Below are positions 29,455-38,757 of a DNA stretch of 40,837 nt, in pieces. Origin of the DNA: Candidatus Sulfobium sp. (GTDB lineage: Bacteria > Nitrospirota > Thermodesulfovibrionia > Thermodesulfovibrionales > UBA6898); the NCBI GenBank assembly GCA_037380845.1, contig JARRRI010000044.1:23506-64342 (forward strand). The letters run 5' to 3'. Every line of letters begins with the position of its first letter. Positions within the stretch are counted from its first letter, which is position 1. The notes below the pieces were generated by a model. The model had not been told where the DNA came from. It worked only from the letters and a program-made list of their open reading frames with translations, and did no database searches. The position numbers were made by a program, and so were the translations under genes.

Positions 29455-30403
29455 GAGTCGTCCGCTCCATGTGCGGCTCTCCGAAGCCGTCGACAGCGGC
29501 GATCCAGCTGTCCGGCCCCAGCCGGTGCGGATCGACAGTGTGCATCCTTCCGGCGTTCCAGCCGCTGCCGCTCCCGGCTATGACCGGGGCGCTGCCGAGA
29601 GGCTCTTCCCTGTAACTTGCAAGGGAGAGTTCCGTTACCCTGAATGCCCGCACCTGCCTTCCATAAACAGGATAATCGTCCTGGGCATACCGTACGATCG
29701 ATCCTCCGACGACGACAACCCTCCCGCCCGGCCTGGCTGTCTTAGGGTTATTTTTCACGACCGGACTCGCCGGGTGTTCGGTCCATGGCCCTTCCAGCCT
29801 GCCGGCATAATAAAGCCTCAGCCTGCCGTTATTACGGGGACGCGAGCGGGTAGCGGTAAACATCCACCATAGTCCGTCATATCTGAAAAGAGAGGAGTCC
29901 GAGTAACGCTGTCCCCTGAGCAGCGTCCCGGCAACCACCCACTTCTCCGGAAAATCAATCGCCCTGTACAACCGGACTCCCTTGATCTGATTGCACTCCG
30001 GCACCATGTAATAATTGTCCTCCCATTTGAAAACGTAAGGATACGATAGGGAAAAACGCTCTGAAAGGACAACTTTTCCGTAGTTCCACCGGAACCCGTC
30101 GGTGCTGGTGGCAAGGGCGATATCCCCCAGGTTTTTTTGCGAATTCAGGACCTCGAAAAACATGTACCATGTACCGTCGCGATGGACCATAAAAGGGTCC
30201 GCAACAAATTCCGCAGGGACATCGGTGACATCCCGTGCAGTCAGGACGGGGTTTGCGGCATTTTCAGCCGGCGCCAGGTCAAAGGGTGATGTGCCTGTGT
30301 ATATTCCTATGGACCAGGTCCCGGATGACGGGGTTTCTTTCTCGCCGTTTCGACCGGCGTTTCTGTTCCGGTGCTTCAGCCTCCTGAAGAGATTCAGATC
30401 CAC
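29444..30403 (-). CDS. beta-propeller protein like the N-terminal domain of glucosamine inositolphosphorylceramide transferase (GINT1)
   Basis: WSIGIY, FVADPF, YMFFE, LSYPYVF, YMVPE, WTEHPASP, ARPGG, QDD..YG, MHTVD. Confidence 0.72.
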   Translation of the reverse strand: MDLNLFRRLKHRNRNAGRNGEKETPSSGTWSIGIYTGTSPFDLAPAENAANPVLTARDVTDVPAEFVADPFMVHRDGTWYMFFEVLNSQKNLGDIALATSTDGFRWNYGKVVLSERFSLSYPYVFKWEDNYYMVPECNQIKGVRLYRAIDFPEKWVVAGTLLRGQRYSDSSLFRYDGLWWMFTATRSRPRNNGRLRLYYAGRLEGPWTEHPASPVVKNNPKTARPGGRVVVVGGSIVRYAQDDYPVYGRQVRAFRVTELSLASYREEPLGSAPVIAGSGSGWNAGRMHTVDPHRLGPDSWIAAVDGFGEPHMERTTHEP

Positions 30404-30418
30404 CAGCGATCCTTTCAG

Positions 30419-31300
30419 TTACAATAAAGAAGCAAGTTTCAGCCGGTGAAAAGTCGTTTTCGACCGGATGTCTATGATCCCGTATTTATAGATTCCCCAC
30501 TGTCCGTTTTCTTCGGAATGCTCCCCGACCCTGAATCTTCTTCTCCTTTTATAGCGCGAGAAATGATAGAACCCCCCTTCCTTCCTGTTACCCCGGATGT
30601 CCCAAACAGTAACAGCGCCGTCGTTCCAGACGGCAAAGGACCTCCTGTAGTCGAAACCGGCCGTGCGCGCCGGCTGCACCGGATCGGTTCTGCAAAAAAC
30701 GGCTTTACCCCCGGCAACTATATTCGTGAGGTCAGGGGATTCGTTAAAAGTGCGGTGCCTGGGATCCTCCAGAATGGCTGTTATTTCATCGGAATCAGGC
30801 AGGCGGTCCATGCGGGAACGGGCCATTAAGGTCAGGGGGCCGCACGGCTTGCCGTCGTCGCCGCTGACCAGTGCATAGCGGCCCATGTCGGACGGCAGAT
30901 GCTCAATGAGTTTGCCGTATATCAGGTCAATATCCGTATAGCCTATGAAATCATACTCGTCCAGTGGTTCTCTGCCCCGCCTCAGAAAATAAAACATGAT
31001 GCGGTAATCGCAGACGTTTCTCAGATAATGGCCGGGGATCTTTATCCCGAGGAGTTTCCGGAAATCGCTGATCATCTCGTCGAACTGGTAGGGTATCATG
31101 GTGACGGCCCTGTTCAGATCGTATCGGCGAGTGACGTGATCACTGTATACGAACCAGTGAAAATGGTCATGGTTGGGCTCGCACGACTTTGCCCAGAACC
31201 TGAAATAGGGCGGCAGTTCGCCGAAAAAGGGGACGAGAAAAGCACTCTTCGGTTTTTTGTCAGGCATGAGATTACTCTTGTCCAAACTCTCCCGTATCAA
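30419..31300 (-). CDS. DUF6625-like putative glycosyltransferase
   Basis: PFFGELPPYF, NVCDYR, DFIGYTDIDLIYG (DxD motif), YHF. Confidence 0.62.
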   Translation of the reverse strand: MIRESLDKSNLMPDKKPKSAFLVPFFGELPPYFRFWAKSCEPNHDHFHWFVYSDHVTRRYDLNRAVTMIPYQFDEMISDFRKLLGIKIPGHYLRNVCDYRIMFYFLRRGREPLDEYDFIGYTDIDLIYGKLIEHLPSDMGRYALVSGDDGKPCGPLTLMARSRMDRLPDSDEITAILEDPRHRTFNESPDLTNIVAGGKAVFCRTDPVQPARTAGFDYRRSFAVWNDGAVTVWDIRGNRKEGGFYHFSRYKRRRRFRVGEHSEENGQWGIYKYGIIDIRSKTTFHRLKLASLL

Positions 31301-31471
31301 AGCGTTTATTGCTGCCGCCCCGCGTTACACATCCTTCCCCGTTGGAATTTGTGGTTTCGACGGGGGAAGAGAGGCGCATTGTCTTCAACTTTAACATCAA
31401 AAATCCTGAACCGTCAATTGAAACAACAACCTCTGCAATCTTTCAAACAGCTGCTGTCCAAATGCCGCGGA

Positions 31472-32890
31472 TCAGCGTCTGGGAATGCCTACCAGGAGCG
31501 AGTTGTACCGGTCGCGGTCGATTTCGATCCAGATTGCGCCGTCTCGCATCAGCTTTGTTCCGGCGCCGGGTTGAGTGACCATGAGCACGGGCGAAGTCCC
31601 CTGTCTTTCCCATTCCGCGAGTCGATCACGGCCCCAGCTGATAAAAGATCCAGAGAGATAAAAATAGGATGCAAGCCGATACTCGGCCCCCGGATCTTCG
31701 GGGGTCCATTCCACGAACCTCAGGTTCTCGCGCCTATCATCGTTCCCCTGTCCCAGGAAGGCAAAAAAATCACGGTAGTCTGTCTTTCCGGCTCTACTGA
31801 TGTCTTCCGCAGTGTGGAGGACGTGAAATTTTTCCGGATTGACATTCACAGGTATAATCCAGAAAAAGATGAGGAGAGGGACCACGGTATATGTCGCGAA
31901 ACCTCTCATGAATTTTTTTGACCTTTCAAACCGTATTACCCCGAGGCCGGTGACAACGGAAAGAAAAGGGGTGACAACGGTCAGGTAGCGTGAAGCTTTC
32001 CCTTCCGATATCTGCAGCGGGACAAGCATGACGACAAGCGCCACAAAAACAAACCAGAGGTAGTCGCTTTCTCTCATTCTCCTCCAGAGCAGGGGAATGC
32101 CGGGGACAAGGAACACCAGCCAAGGATAATAAAAGGTCGCAAGCTCCCTGATATATTCGAGTTGATCGGCCTTTACGTCCATACCCTGTGTCACTCTTTG
32201 CAGTGTCTGATAATCCGTGATATAATGCAAAAACCCTGGGAACCTGGATTCGAAGTATACAAACCAGACAGATGACATCAGAAGTCCTCCGAGACAACCA
32301 TAGTAAAAATGAGACCATTTCATCCAGTGTTTTATGCGCCTCCGCGTAAAGCCGTAGACGAGGACGGCAGCCGGCAGGAACAGGGCAAAGAAAAGCTTCG
32401 CCATAATGCCTGTTGCAAAGGAAAGGCCCAATAAATAAGGCCCCTTCCCGTTCTTCTCATTCATCAGCGTGAGGGCGTAGCACCCCAGGAGCACCGAAAA
32501 TACAAGAAGGCTTTCGGGTCTGTTGGAGGCGAAGTTCCTGACGATCCAGCGTGTCGTTGCAAAAGCGAAAGCCGAGAAGAAAGCCAGATCGCGGTCATCG
32601 AACCAGCGATAGACTATCCAGTAAAGGAAAAAGACATCGACCGTGGCGAACAGAAGAGACGGCAGTTTGGCGGTGTAATAGGATATGCCGAATACCTTGA
32701 AAGATATGGCAGTCAGCCAGAAATATAGAGGGGGCTTGTTCAAGTACGGGGCCCCGTTCAGCATGGGTGAGAACCAGTGGCCGTGCTCGAGCATGTCTTT
32801 CGATATACACGCATAGGTCAGGGGGTCGTGGTAAAGGTCACCCCGCCAGGGTCGGAGCCACATGACCAGCAGCACCCAGAGGGCCAGCAA
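31472..32890 (-). CDS. ArnT/PMT-like (GT-C) membrane glycosyltransferase, 5' end missing
   Basis: DPLTYA..M...G.W..P.LNG.PYLNKPPLYFW, RYL; many TM segments; begins abruptly inside the upstream GT4. Confidence 0.82.
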   Translation of the reverse strand: MLALWVLLVMWLRPWRGDLYHDPLTYACISKDMLEHGHWFSPMLNGAPYLNKPPLYFWLTAISFKVFGISYYTAKLPSLLFATVDVFFLYWIVYRWFDDRDLAFFSAFAFATTRWIVRNFASNRPESLLVFSVLLGCYALTLMNEKNGKGPYLLGLSFATGIMAKLFFALFLPAAVLVYGFTRRRIKHWMKWSHFYYGCLGGLLMSSVWFVYFESRFPGFLHYITDYQTLQRVTQGMDVKADQLEYIRELATFYYPWLVFLVPGIPLLWRRMRESDYLWFVFVALVVMLVPLQISEGKASRYLTVVTPFLSVVTGLGVIRFERSKKFMRGFATYTVVPLLIFFWIIPVNVNPEKFHVLHTAEDISRAGKTDYRDFFAFLGQGNDDRRENLRFVEWTPEDPGAEYRLASYFYLSGSFISWGRDRLAEWERQGTSPVLMVTQPGAGTKLMRDGAIWIEIDRDRYNSLLVGIPRR

Positions 32891-33899
32891 GCTCTTCCGG
32901 CTCCCAGGGGGCGCGGACCACCGCACCGCAACCCTCCCTTATTATTTCGCCGCAGCCTGTCGAGGCGCTGACCACTGTGAAGAGTCCCATTGCCAGCGCC
33001 TCGATGGCAGCACTTCCGAAAGGCTCGTAAACCGACGGGAGGACGAAACAGTCGGCCACCTGGAGATATCTGATCACCTCGTCCTTCTTTCTCGGCCCCA
33101 GAAAGAGTATCCTGTCGGCTACGTCTCTCTCCCGTGCGAGCCTCCTGTAACGGCCTTCGTTTCTGTCCTTGCCGATTACTATGAGACTGCAGTCCCGTGG
33201 GAGCAGCTCAAGGGCCCGGATAATGAAGTGGACGCCTTTTCTCTCGTAGCCGCTTCCTACATACAGGTAATAATACCGGTCGGCCCGAAGCATCAGGGCG
33301 CTCCTGATCTCGTTCCTCCGTTGCGTTGCCTCCTCGAAGGGCCCACGCAGGCCCTCCCATTCGACACCGTTGTGCATGACCTCGATCTTCTGCGGATCAA
33401 AGTCATAGCAGTCCAGAAAATCCTCTTTTACCATCTGCGAAATGCAGATAAGTTTTTTCAGACGGGGATTTTCGAGGCCGAGTTTTTCTATGGTGAGCAT
33501 ATAGTTGTGAAAAGGGTTCAGTGAAAAACTGATATTCTTCAGAAAAGGCGAGACCTTCCTTCTCCTTTCCAGCCACGCCCTGTGGCTTCCTCCCCCGGCT
33601 CTGATGTGCGTGTGGAGGACTGTTCTGTCCATATCCAGAACGCAGTCGTAATCGTCCATACATTTCCGCAGATATGCGACTACACCCCTGTTGAACGTAT
33701 AGAGACGAGAGAGATTATTGAACCGGTTAATGGGAATGAACACCCTGTTTATGCCTTTCCCTTCCACCCACCTTTCCTTCGATGCGGTAAGGACGTCCGT
33801 GGCATACCCCCTGTCGGCAAAGGCATTGACGAGATGGTAAGCATACTTTTCCGCGCCTCCGTAAGGCGTGTAATTACTCTTGATGACAGCTACTCTCAC
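32890..33899 (-). CDS. GT4 glycosyltransferase (WaaG/RfaG-like), 3' end truncated
   Basis: PYGGAEKY, RAGGGSH, HNGV, GSGYERKG, PSVYEPFGSAAIEALAMG; homology stops at PEELA. Confidence 0.85.
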
Positions 33900-34684
33900 A
33901 GGACTTTGTTCCCGCCGCCGGTGTGGTCGCCGTCCCTCTGGAGTTCAAGGAGCTTTGCATATTTGAAGAATGAACCGCCCGCTTTCAAGAGAGCTGTCAC
34001 CAGGCCGTCAAGGCCGTCGAGAAATCCCCTCTCCAGGAAATAGATCTTTAAAAACATACCGATCCCGTGGTAAGAGGGTGACAGAGCATTCGCCCTTCTT
34101 CCCGAGGCATGGAGCTCCGAGGCGATGACGGTGGAATAGTCGTCGAGGGTTTTCAACATATCGGAATAGCCGTCGAAGGCGTAATGTTCGATATATCCGT
34201 CGAGGTCGCGGACCGGACCGGAGGTGACCCATCTTTCATGTATTACATTCTGAAACGAACCCTTTTCCCTGTTGACCAGCCTTATCTGCCGGTCGGGCCA
34301 GTAGCCCGAGTGTCTCAGCCACCTGCCGTGCAGGAAGTTCTTCCTCTTCACCCGAAAGGCGTCCGCATCCGGACCAGCTTGAAGAGTGCGTATGATTTCG
34401 TCCCTGGTGTCCCGGGGAACCCTTTCATCGGCGTCCAGGACGAGTACCCACGGGTGCCTGCACTTCGACACCGCGCTGTTTTTCTGGGGACCGTACCCTT
34501 TCCAGTCCTCGACGAAGACCCGGCAGCCGAATTCCCGGGCGATACTGAGGGTTCCGTCAGCGCTCCCCGAATCAACGACGACGATGTCGTCCGCGAAGGA
34601 GACGCCGGCGAGACAGGCCGGAAGGTTCTTTTCTTCATCTTTAGTGATAACCGCCACCGAAAGAGAAAGCTTCTCAGGAGCCAT
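33896..34684 (-). CDS. GT2 LPS core glycosyltransferase (KdtX/WaaE-like)
   Basis: VITKDEE, VVDSGS.D, GYGPQKN, LDADE, WPDRQIRL, YFLERGFLDG. Confidence 0.88.
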   Translation of the reverse strand: MAPEKLSLSVAVITKDEEKNLPACLAGVSFADDIVVVDSGSADGTLSIAREFGCRVFVEDWKGYGPQKNSAVSKCRHPWVLVLDADERVPRDTRDEIIRTLQAGPDADAFRVKRKNFLHGRWLRHSGYWPDRQIRLVNREKGSFQNVIHERWVTSGPVRDLDGYIEHYAFDGYSDMLKTLDDYSTVIASELHASGRRANALSPSYHGIGMFLKIYFLERGFLDGLDGLVTALLKAGGSFFKYAKLLELQRDGDHTGGGNKVL

Positions 34685-35855
34685 CGCGTGCTGCCTCGGA
34701 CATGCCCAGAAAGAGGGGAAGGGCGGTTGCCATTGAAAACGGATACAGCTCCGTGTCCGTCATGCTGCCGATAATGAAGACCACCGTGAAGACAAAAACG
34801 GCGAACCCCACTGGAGAATTCCGGCCCCTCCATCCTCTTTTCAGCATCACGAAAAGGAGCCAGCAGAAGGAAAAGAGGCCCGGCAAACCGAAACTCACCA
34901 TCATATAGATGAAACTGTTGTGCGGATGGTCGTAAAAGGGGAGAGAAGGGTCGCCCTTATTCTTGTGCCATGCTTCCCTGAATCCTGCCGTCCCCATTCC
35001 GATAACCGGATGGCTTTTTATCTCTTCCAGTGCGATCCCCCACATGCGAAACCTGAGTCCCAGGGACGTGTCTATCTTACCCTGTCTGTACATCTCTATG
35101 TCCTGGACGGCCCTGGACACCCTTGCCCTTACCAGCGGAAAGGCGAAAAGGAGCGTAATGCCGACTGCGCTTACCAGGACAATTTTGAGCAGGTGTTTTT
35201 GTCCCAATATATTGTATACCATAAGGGGGAAGAGGATTATCAGGGCGAGATAACCGCTGCGACCGCCGACACAGCCCAGCGTGATAAAGAACAGAACGAC
35301 GGCGGCGACGTAAGTCGCCCGGTCTTTGACCGACCCTGCCCTCGCCGCATAATAGGAGGCGACCAGTATGCCGGTTGTGAGAAGCAGTGAAAAGGATATC
35401 CAGGGTGATGCCCCGCCCACCAGGCCTGTTGCGAAGCCTTCTCCTTTGAGTACGCCTGCATACTGCAACATGGCTATTACACTGTTGAGAGAAAGCCCGG
35501 CGAGAAACATCTTCAGAAGGATGTCCGGCCTCTTCCGGAGGGAAAGGACCGGCAGCATCGCAATGGGCAGGATCCAGTATCGGGTCTTCCAGGCCACACG
35601 GAACCCTTCGGAGAAATGGGGCGCATAAAAAAGTCCGACCCACGGGAGAAGGACAAAAACCGTCACGGGAAGCGCTATGCCGGTGTTCCAAAAAGAGGGG
35701 ATATCCCGCAGGAATTTGCCGGAAAGAATCCAGACGACCGCCACAAGAACGGCACAGTATGCCGTAGGCGGCGTCATTACCGGCAGAAAGAAGAACATCC
35801 CGCAAAAGCCGGCCCAGAGCAGACTGTCAGCGTTAATCTTTCTCAATAAGGCCAT
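34674..35855 (-). CDS. O-antigen ligase (WaaL/Wzy_C family)
   Basis: GRSGYL, TSLGLRFRMW, P.IGMG, HPHNSF, G.PG; multiple TM segments. Confidence 0.85.
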   Translation of the reverse strand: MALLRKINADSLLWAGFCGMFFFLPVMTPPTAYCAVLVAVVWILSGKFLRDIPSFWNTGIALPVTVFVLLPWVGLFYAPHFSEGFRVAWKTRYWILPIAMLPVLSLRKRPDILLKMFLAGLSLNSVIAMLQYAGVLKGEGFATGLVGGASPWISFSLLLTTGILVASYYAARAGSVKDRATYVAAVVLFFITLGCVGGRSGYLALIILFPLMVYNILGQKHLLKIVLVSAVGITLLFAFPLVRARVSRAVQDIEMYRQGKIDTSLGLRFRMWGIALEEIKSHPVIGMGTAGFREAWHKNKGDPSLPFYDHPHNSFIYMMVSFGLPGLFSFCWLLFVMLKRGWRGRNSPVGFAVFVFTVVFIIGSMTDTELYPFSMATALPLFLGMSEAARDGS

Positions 35856-36537
35856 TCCTGCAACAATATCCCGTCGATGCGGCCGTCTCCAGTAACAACT
35901 GTCTGTTACTGTTGCTCACCTGCTTGTTTGTAATGTGCCAGAGATGAAAACATACGGCCATGAAGGGGTGGACTTTCTTTGTCAGACCATATTTGAAGAA
36001 CCTGCAGGCTAGCTCCGAATCCTCGTTGCCCCATCCCACAAAGTTTTCGTTGTAGCCGTTTACCGCATCGATATCTTCGCGGAAAAAGCTCATGTTACAT
36101 CCCTTTATGCCCTTGAGTTTCTTGTCTTTCAGGGTCAGATTGAGGGGTATCCGTATTAAATGATGGACATTTGACAGGGAGCCGGTCAGGGCCATCTTTA
36201 ACAGACTGGGAAAAGAGTTGGCATGTTGACAGTCGAAAGATGTGACCGCCCTTTCCTTTACGAGTACCCTTTTCCCCTGGATAAAACAGCCTCTTTCCGC
36301 CAAAAACTCGTGATCGGAAATGAAATATCTGTTAATCACGCAGTCACCGTCTATTACGATAATATAGTCTCCCGAAGACCTTTCTATCGCCTTGTTCCTG
36401 ATTTTGGCGAGCCTGAATCCCCTGTCTTCGTGCCAGACGTGGATTACGGGAAACGGAGCCCTCTTCGCAAATTCCTCAATAAGGTATTGGGTGTCCCTTC
36501 GGGAGCCGTCGTCGGCAACCAGGACCTCATCGGGCAA
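35833..36537 (-). CDS. GT2 glycosyltransferase, N-terminal strand/helix missing
   Basis: PDEVLVADDGS, WHEDRGFRLA..RN, IDGDC, GCNMSF, GWGNEDSE, FHLWH. Confidence 0.82.
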   Translation of the reverse strand: MPDEVLVADDGSRRDTQYLIEEFAKRAPFPVIHVWHEDRGFRLAKIRNKAIERSSGDYIIVIDGDCVINRYFISDHEFLAERGCFIQGKRVLVKERAVTSFDCQHANSFPSLLKMALTGSLSNVHHLIRIPLNLTLKDKKLKGIKGCNMSFFREDIDAVNGYNENFVGWGNEDSELACRFFKYGLTKKVHPFMAVCFHLWHITNKQVSNSNRQLLLETAASTGYCCRNGLIEKD

Positions 36538-36618
36538 TTGTATTCTATTATGATATTATAGTCAGGGAGGTCCTTTCCAGTAAGAATTGCCTTAACCTCA
36601 CGATCCGGGAAAAAGACA

Positions 36619-37341
36619 GTGAAACTGGCAGCGAGGATAAGATGGCGGCATGTCAGGCGTTTTTATGAAGGGGCCGAGCCCCTTCTGAAGGCCTCGCCGG
36701 TCAAGCTTGCCTGTCCGGACAGCGGACGGGTACTTGTGCTGGCACCTCACATAGACGATGACGTAATCGGTGCCGGCGGCTGCCTGAGGAAGCATGTGGA
36801 ACTCGGAAACGATGTGGCGGCCGTTTATTTCGCGGACTGCACTGCGGAGCGGATCAGAGAGGCGGAGGAAGCGGCCGGCGCCATCGGATTCAGTATCCTG
36901 GATTTCTTCCCTTACGAGGGGAAAACCCTGGACGGCAACAGCGGTGTGGAGGAAAGGATTTCATCGATCATATCGGGCTATAAACCCGAAATAGTCTACC
37001 TGCCTTCTTTCCTGGACAGACACAATGATCACCTCGCCGTAAACCACTGTCTGGCAAGGCTGCATGTCGGGCACGGTTACACGTTCACCGTCTATGCTTA
37101 TGAGGTCTGGACAGCCATCATACCGAACCTTGTCGTCGACATCACCGGGACCATCGACAAAAAGAAGGAGGCCCTGTCCGGATACGGAAGTCAGCTCCCG
37201 GCGCATGACTGGGTCGAGGCCGCTGTTTCACTGAACAGGTTCCGGGGGGTGACATCGGGGGCGGGCCTGTTTGCCGAGGCTTTCATGCGATATTCAATGG
37301 GGGAGTATTTTGATCTCTGGAAAAAGGTCTACTCCGGATAG
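36619..37341 (+). CDS. PIG-L/LmbE-family deacetylase
   Basis: VLAPHIDDDVIGAGG, R..EA..A, HNDH, AYEVW, VDIT...KK.AL..Y.SQ. Confidence 0.87.
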   Translation: MKLAARIRWRHVRRFYEGAEPLLKASPVKLACPDSGRVLVLAPHIDDDVIGAGGCLRKHVELGNDVAAVYFADCTAERIREAEEAAGAIGFSILDFFPYEGKTLDGNSGVEERISSIISGYKPEIVYLPSFLDRHNDHLAVNHCLARLHVGHGYTFTVYAYEVWTAIIPNLVVDITGTIDKKKEALSGYGSQLPAHDWVEAAVSLNRFRGVTSGAGLFAEAFMRYSMGEYFDLWKKVYSG

Positions 37342-37354
37342 GTCGCTGACCATA

Positions 37355-38461
37355 ATGAGCCTGGTTTCCGGCGACGGGAAGGGCGGGGCAGACCGGATTG
37401 CCCTGGATATCTCCACAGGTCTGAAGGAGCTTGGGCACCGGGTAATTTGGGGCAGCCCCCCTGGTTGTTGTCTTGCCACGGACGCCGAAGAGGCCGGGCT
37501 TGAGATCTACAACCTTGATTTAGCCGGCCGGACAGCGTCCTGGCCGACAGAATTTGTGCGCTTCTGCCGAAATGAAAACGTCGATATTGTCGATGGCCAT
37601 GATTCCCGCATAAGGCATCTGATCAGTCTGGCCAGGCTCAGGGGGCTAAGGGCGAGGGTCGTATCGACCAGGCACTGTATACTCAGGACGGTTCCGTACC
37701 TCGGGGCGTTCGCTCACAACTTTCTGGCGGACATGCACATAGCGGTAAGCGGAGTGGTGCGCGACAGCCTCATCCGGAGCGGCGTTCTGCCCGGCAAGGC
37801 GGTTACCGTATACGGCGGGGTGGATGAAGGAAGGTTTGAAAATGCGGATCCCGCAGAAGCAGAACGCCTGCGAAGTCTATACACGCGGCCCGGCGCAGTC
37901 ACCATAGGAATGGTGGCGCGGCTTCAGCACGGGAAAATCTTCAGCCCGGAGAAGCCCACATTGAAAGGGCACGATATTGTCTTCAGGGCTCTCGCGGGGT
38001 TCGACAGGGATTTTACCCTGCTTTTGTTCGGGCCCGAGAAGGAAGAGGACAAGGAGAAGTTGAGGCTGATCGCCGAATATCAGGGGCTCGACCCCGCAAG
38101 GGTAACTTTTTGCGGCTTTCAGAAAGATATGGGCCCTTTCTATAAAACGCTTGACCTCAATGTCCTGCCCTCGCCTGATGAAGGGCTGGGACTTGCCGTG
38201 ATAGAGGCGATGGCCTCCGGCATACCGTGCATCGGGGCGGACGGAGGGGGTCTGAGGGAAATTATCGAAGACGGTGTGGACGGGTTTCTCGTGAGGCCGG
38301 GTGACAGCGGAGATCTCGGGCTGAAGATCCGTATAGCCTGTGATGACGTCGTGACAAGAAAAAAATTTATCGCCAACGGGATGGAGAAGGTGCGGCGGCG
38401 ATTCGGCAGAGAAAGGATGGTGAAGGAGACCGAGGAGGTATATATCGGTCTGGCGAAATAG
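37355..38461 (+). CDS. GT4 glycosyltransferase (start uncertain; frame open from 37271)
   Basis: GGADR, STRH, IAVS, KGH, PSPDEGLGLAVIEAMASG, GGLREII.DG..GFLV. Confidence 0.85.
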   Translation: MSLVSGDGKGGADRIALDISTGLKELGHRVIWGSPPGCCLATDAEEAGLEIYNLDLAGRTASWPTEFVRFCRNENVDIVDGHDSRIRHLISLARLRGLRARVVSTRHCILRTVPYLGAFAHNFLADMHIAVSGVVRDSLIRSGVLPGKAVTVYGGVDEGRFENADPAEAERLRSLYTRPGAVTIGMVARLQHGKIFSPEKPTLKGHDIVFRALAGFDRDFTLLLFGPEKEEDKEKLRLIAEYQGLDPARVTFCGFQKDMGPFYKTLDLNVLPSPDEGLGLAVIEAMASGIPCIGADGGGLREIIEDGVDGFLVRPGDSGDLGLKIRIACDDVVTRKKFIANGMEKVRRRFGRERMVKETEEVYIGLAK

Positions 38462-38548
38462 TCCTGCACTCCCCGTTATTTCGGCTTTTCAGCTCGTTGG
38501 CCCGGCGGCTTGAGTGAGTTTACAATAAGTTCCTTTTTTGGCATAATT

Positions 38549-38682
38549 AGTGTCTGTGTATAAAGTCGTTATTCTGATTGTTATTCCGGCAGTGTGTTAA
38601 GCGGGAATCCGGTGTTTTCAATGCCTCTGGATACCGGATCAAGTCCGCTATGACGATAAAAGGCAATTTATACATAGACTCT
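38549..38682. mobile_element. MITE-like unit: REP/RPE-like copy 10 (38580-38654) inside 16-bp terminal inverted repeats
   Basis: agtgtctgtgtataaa (38549-38564) vs tttatacatagactct (38667-38682), 14/16 complementary; core gttattccggc..gggaatccgg ... ctggataccggatcaagtccgctatgac. Confidence 0.7.
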
Positions 38683-38757
38683 GACCAGTATCAGCGTGTT
38701 TGATCGTCATTTGAGCCGTTTCAATTATCCCATTAGAGGGATATAGAGGGAGAAAGA

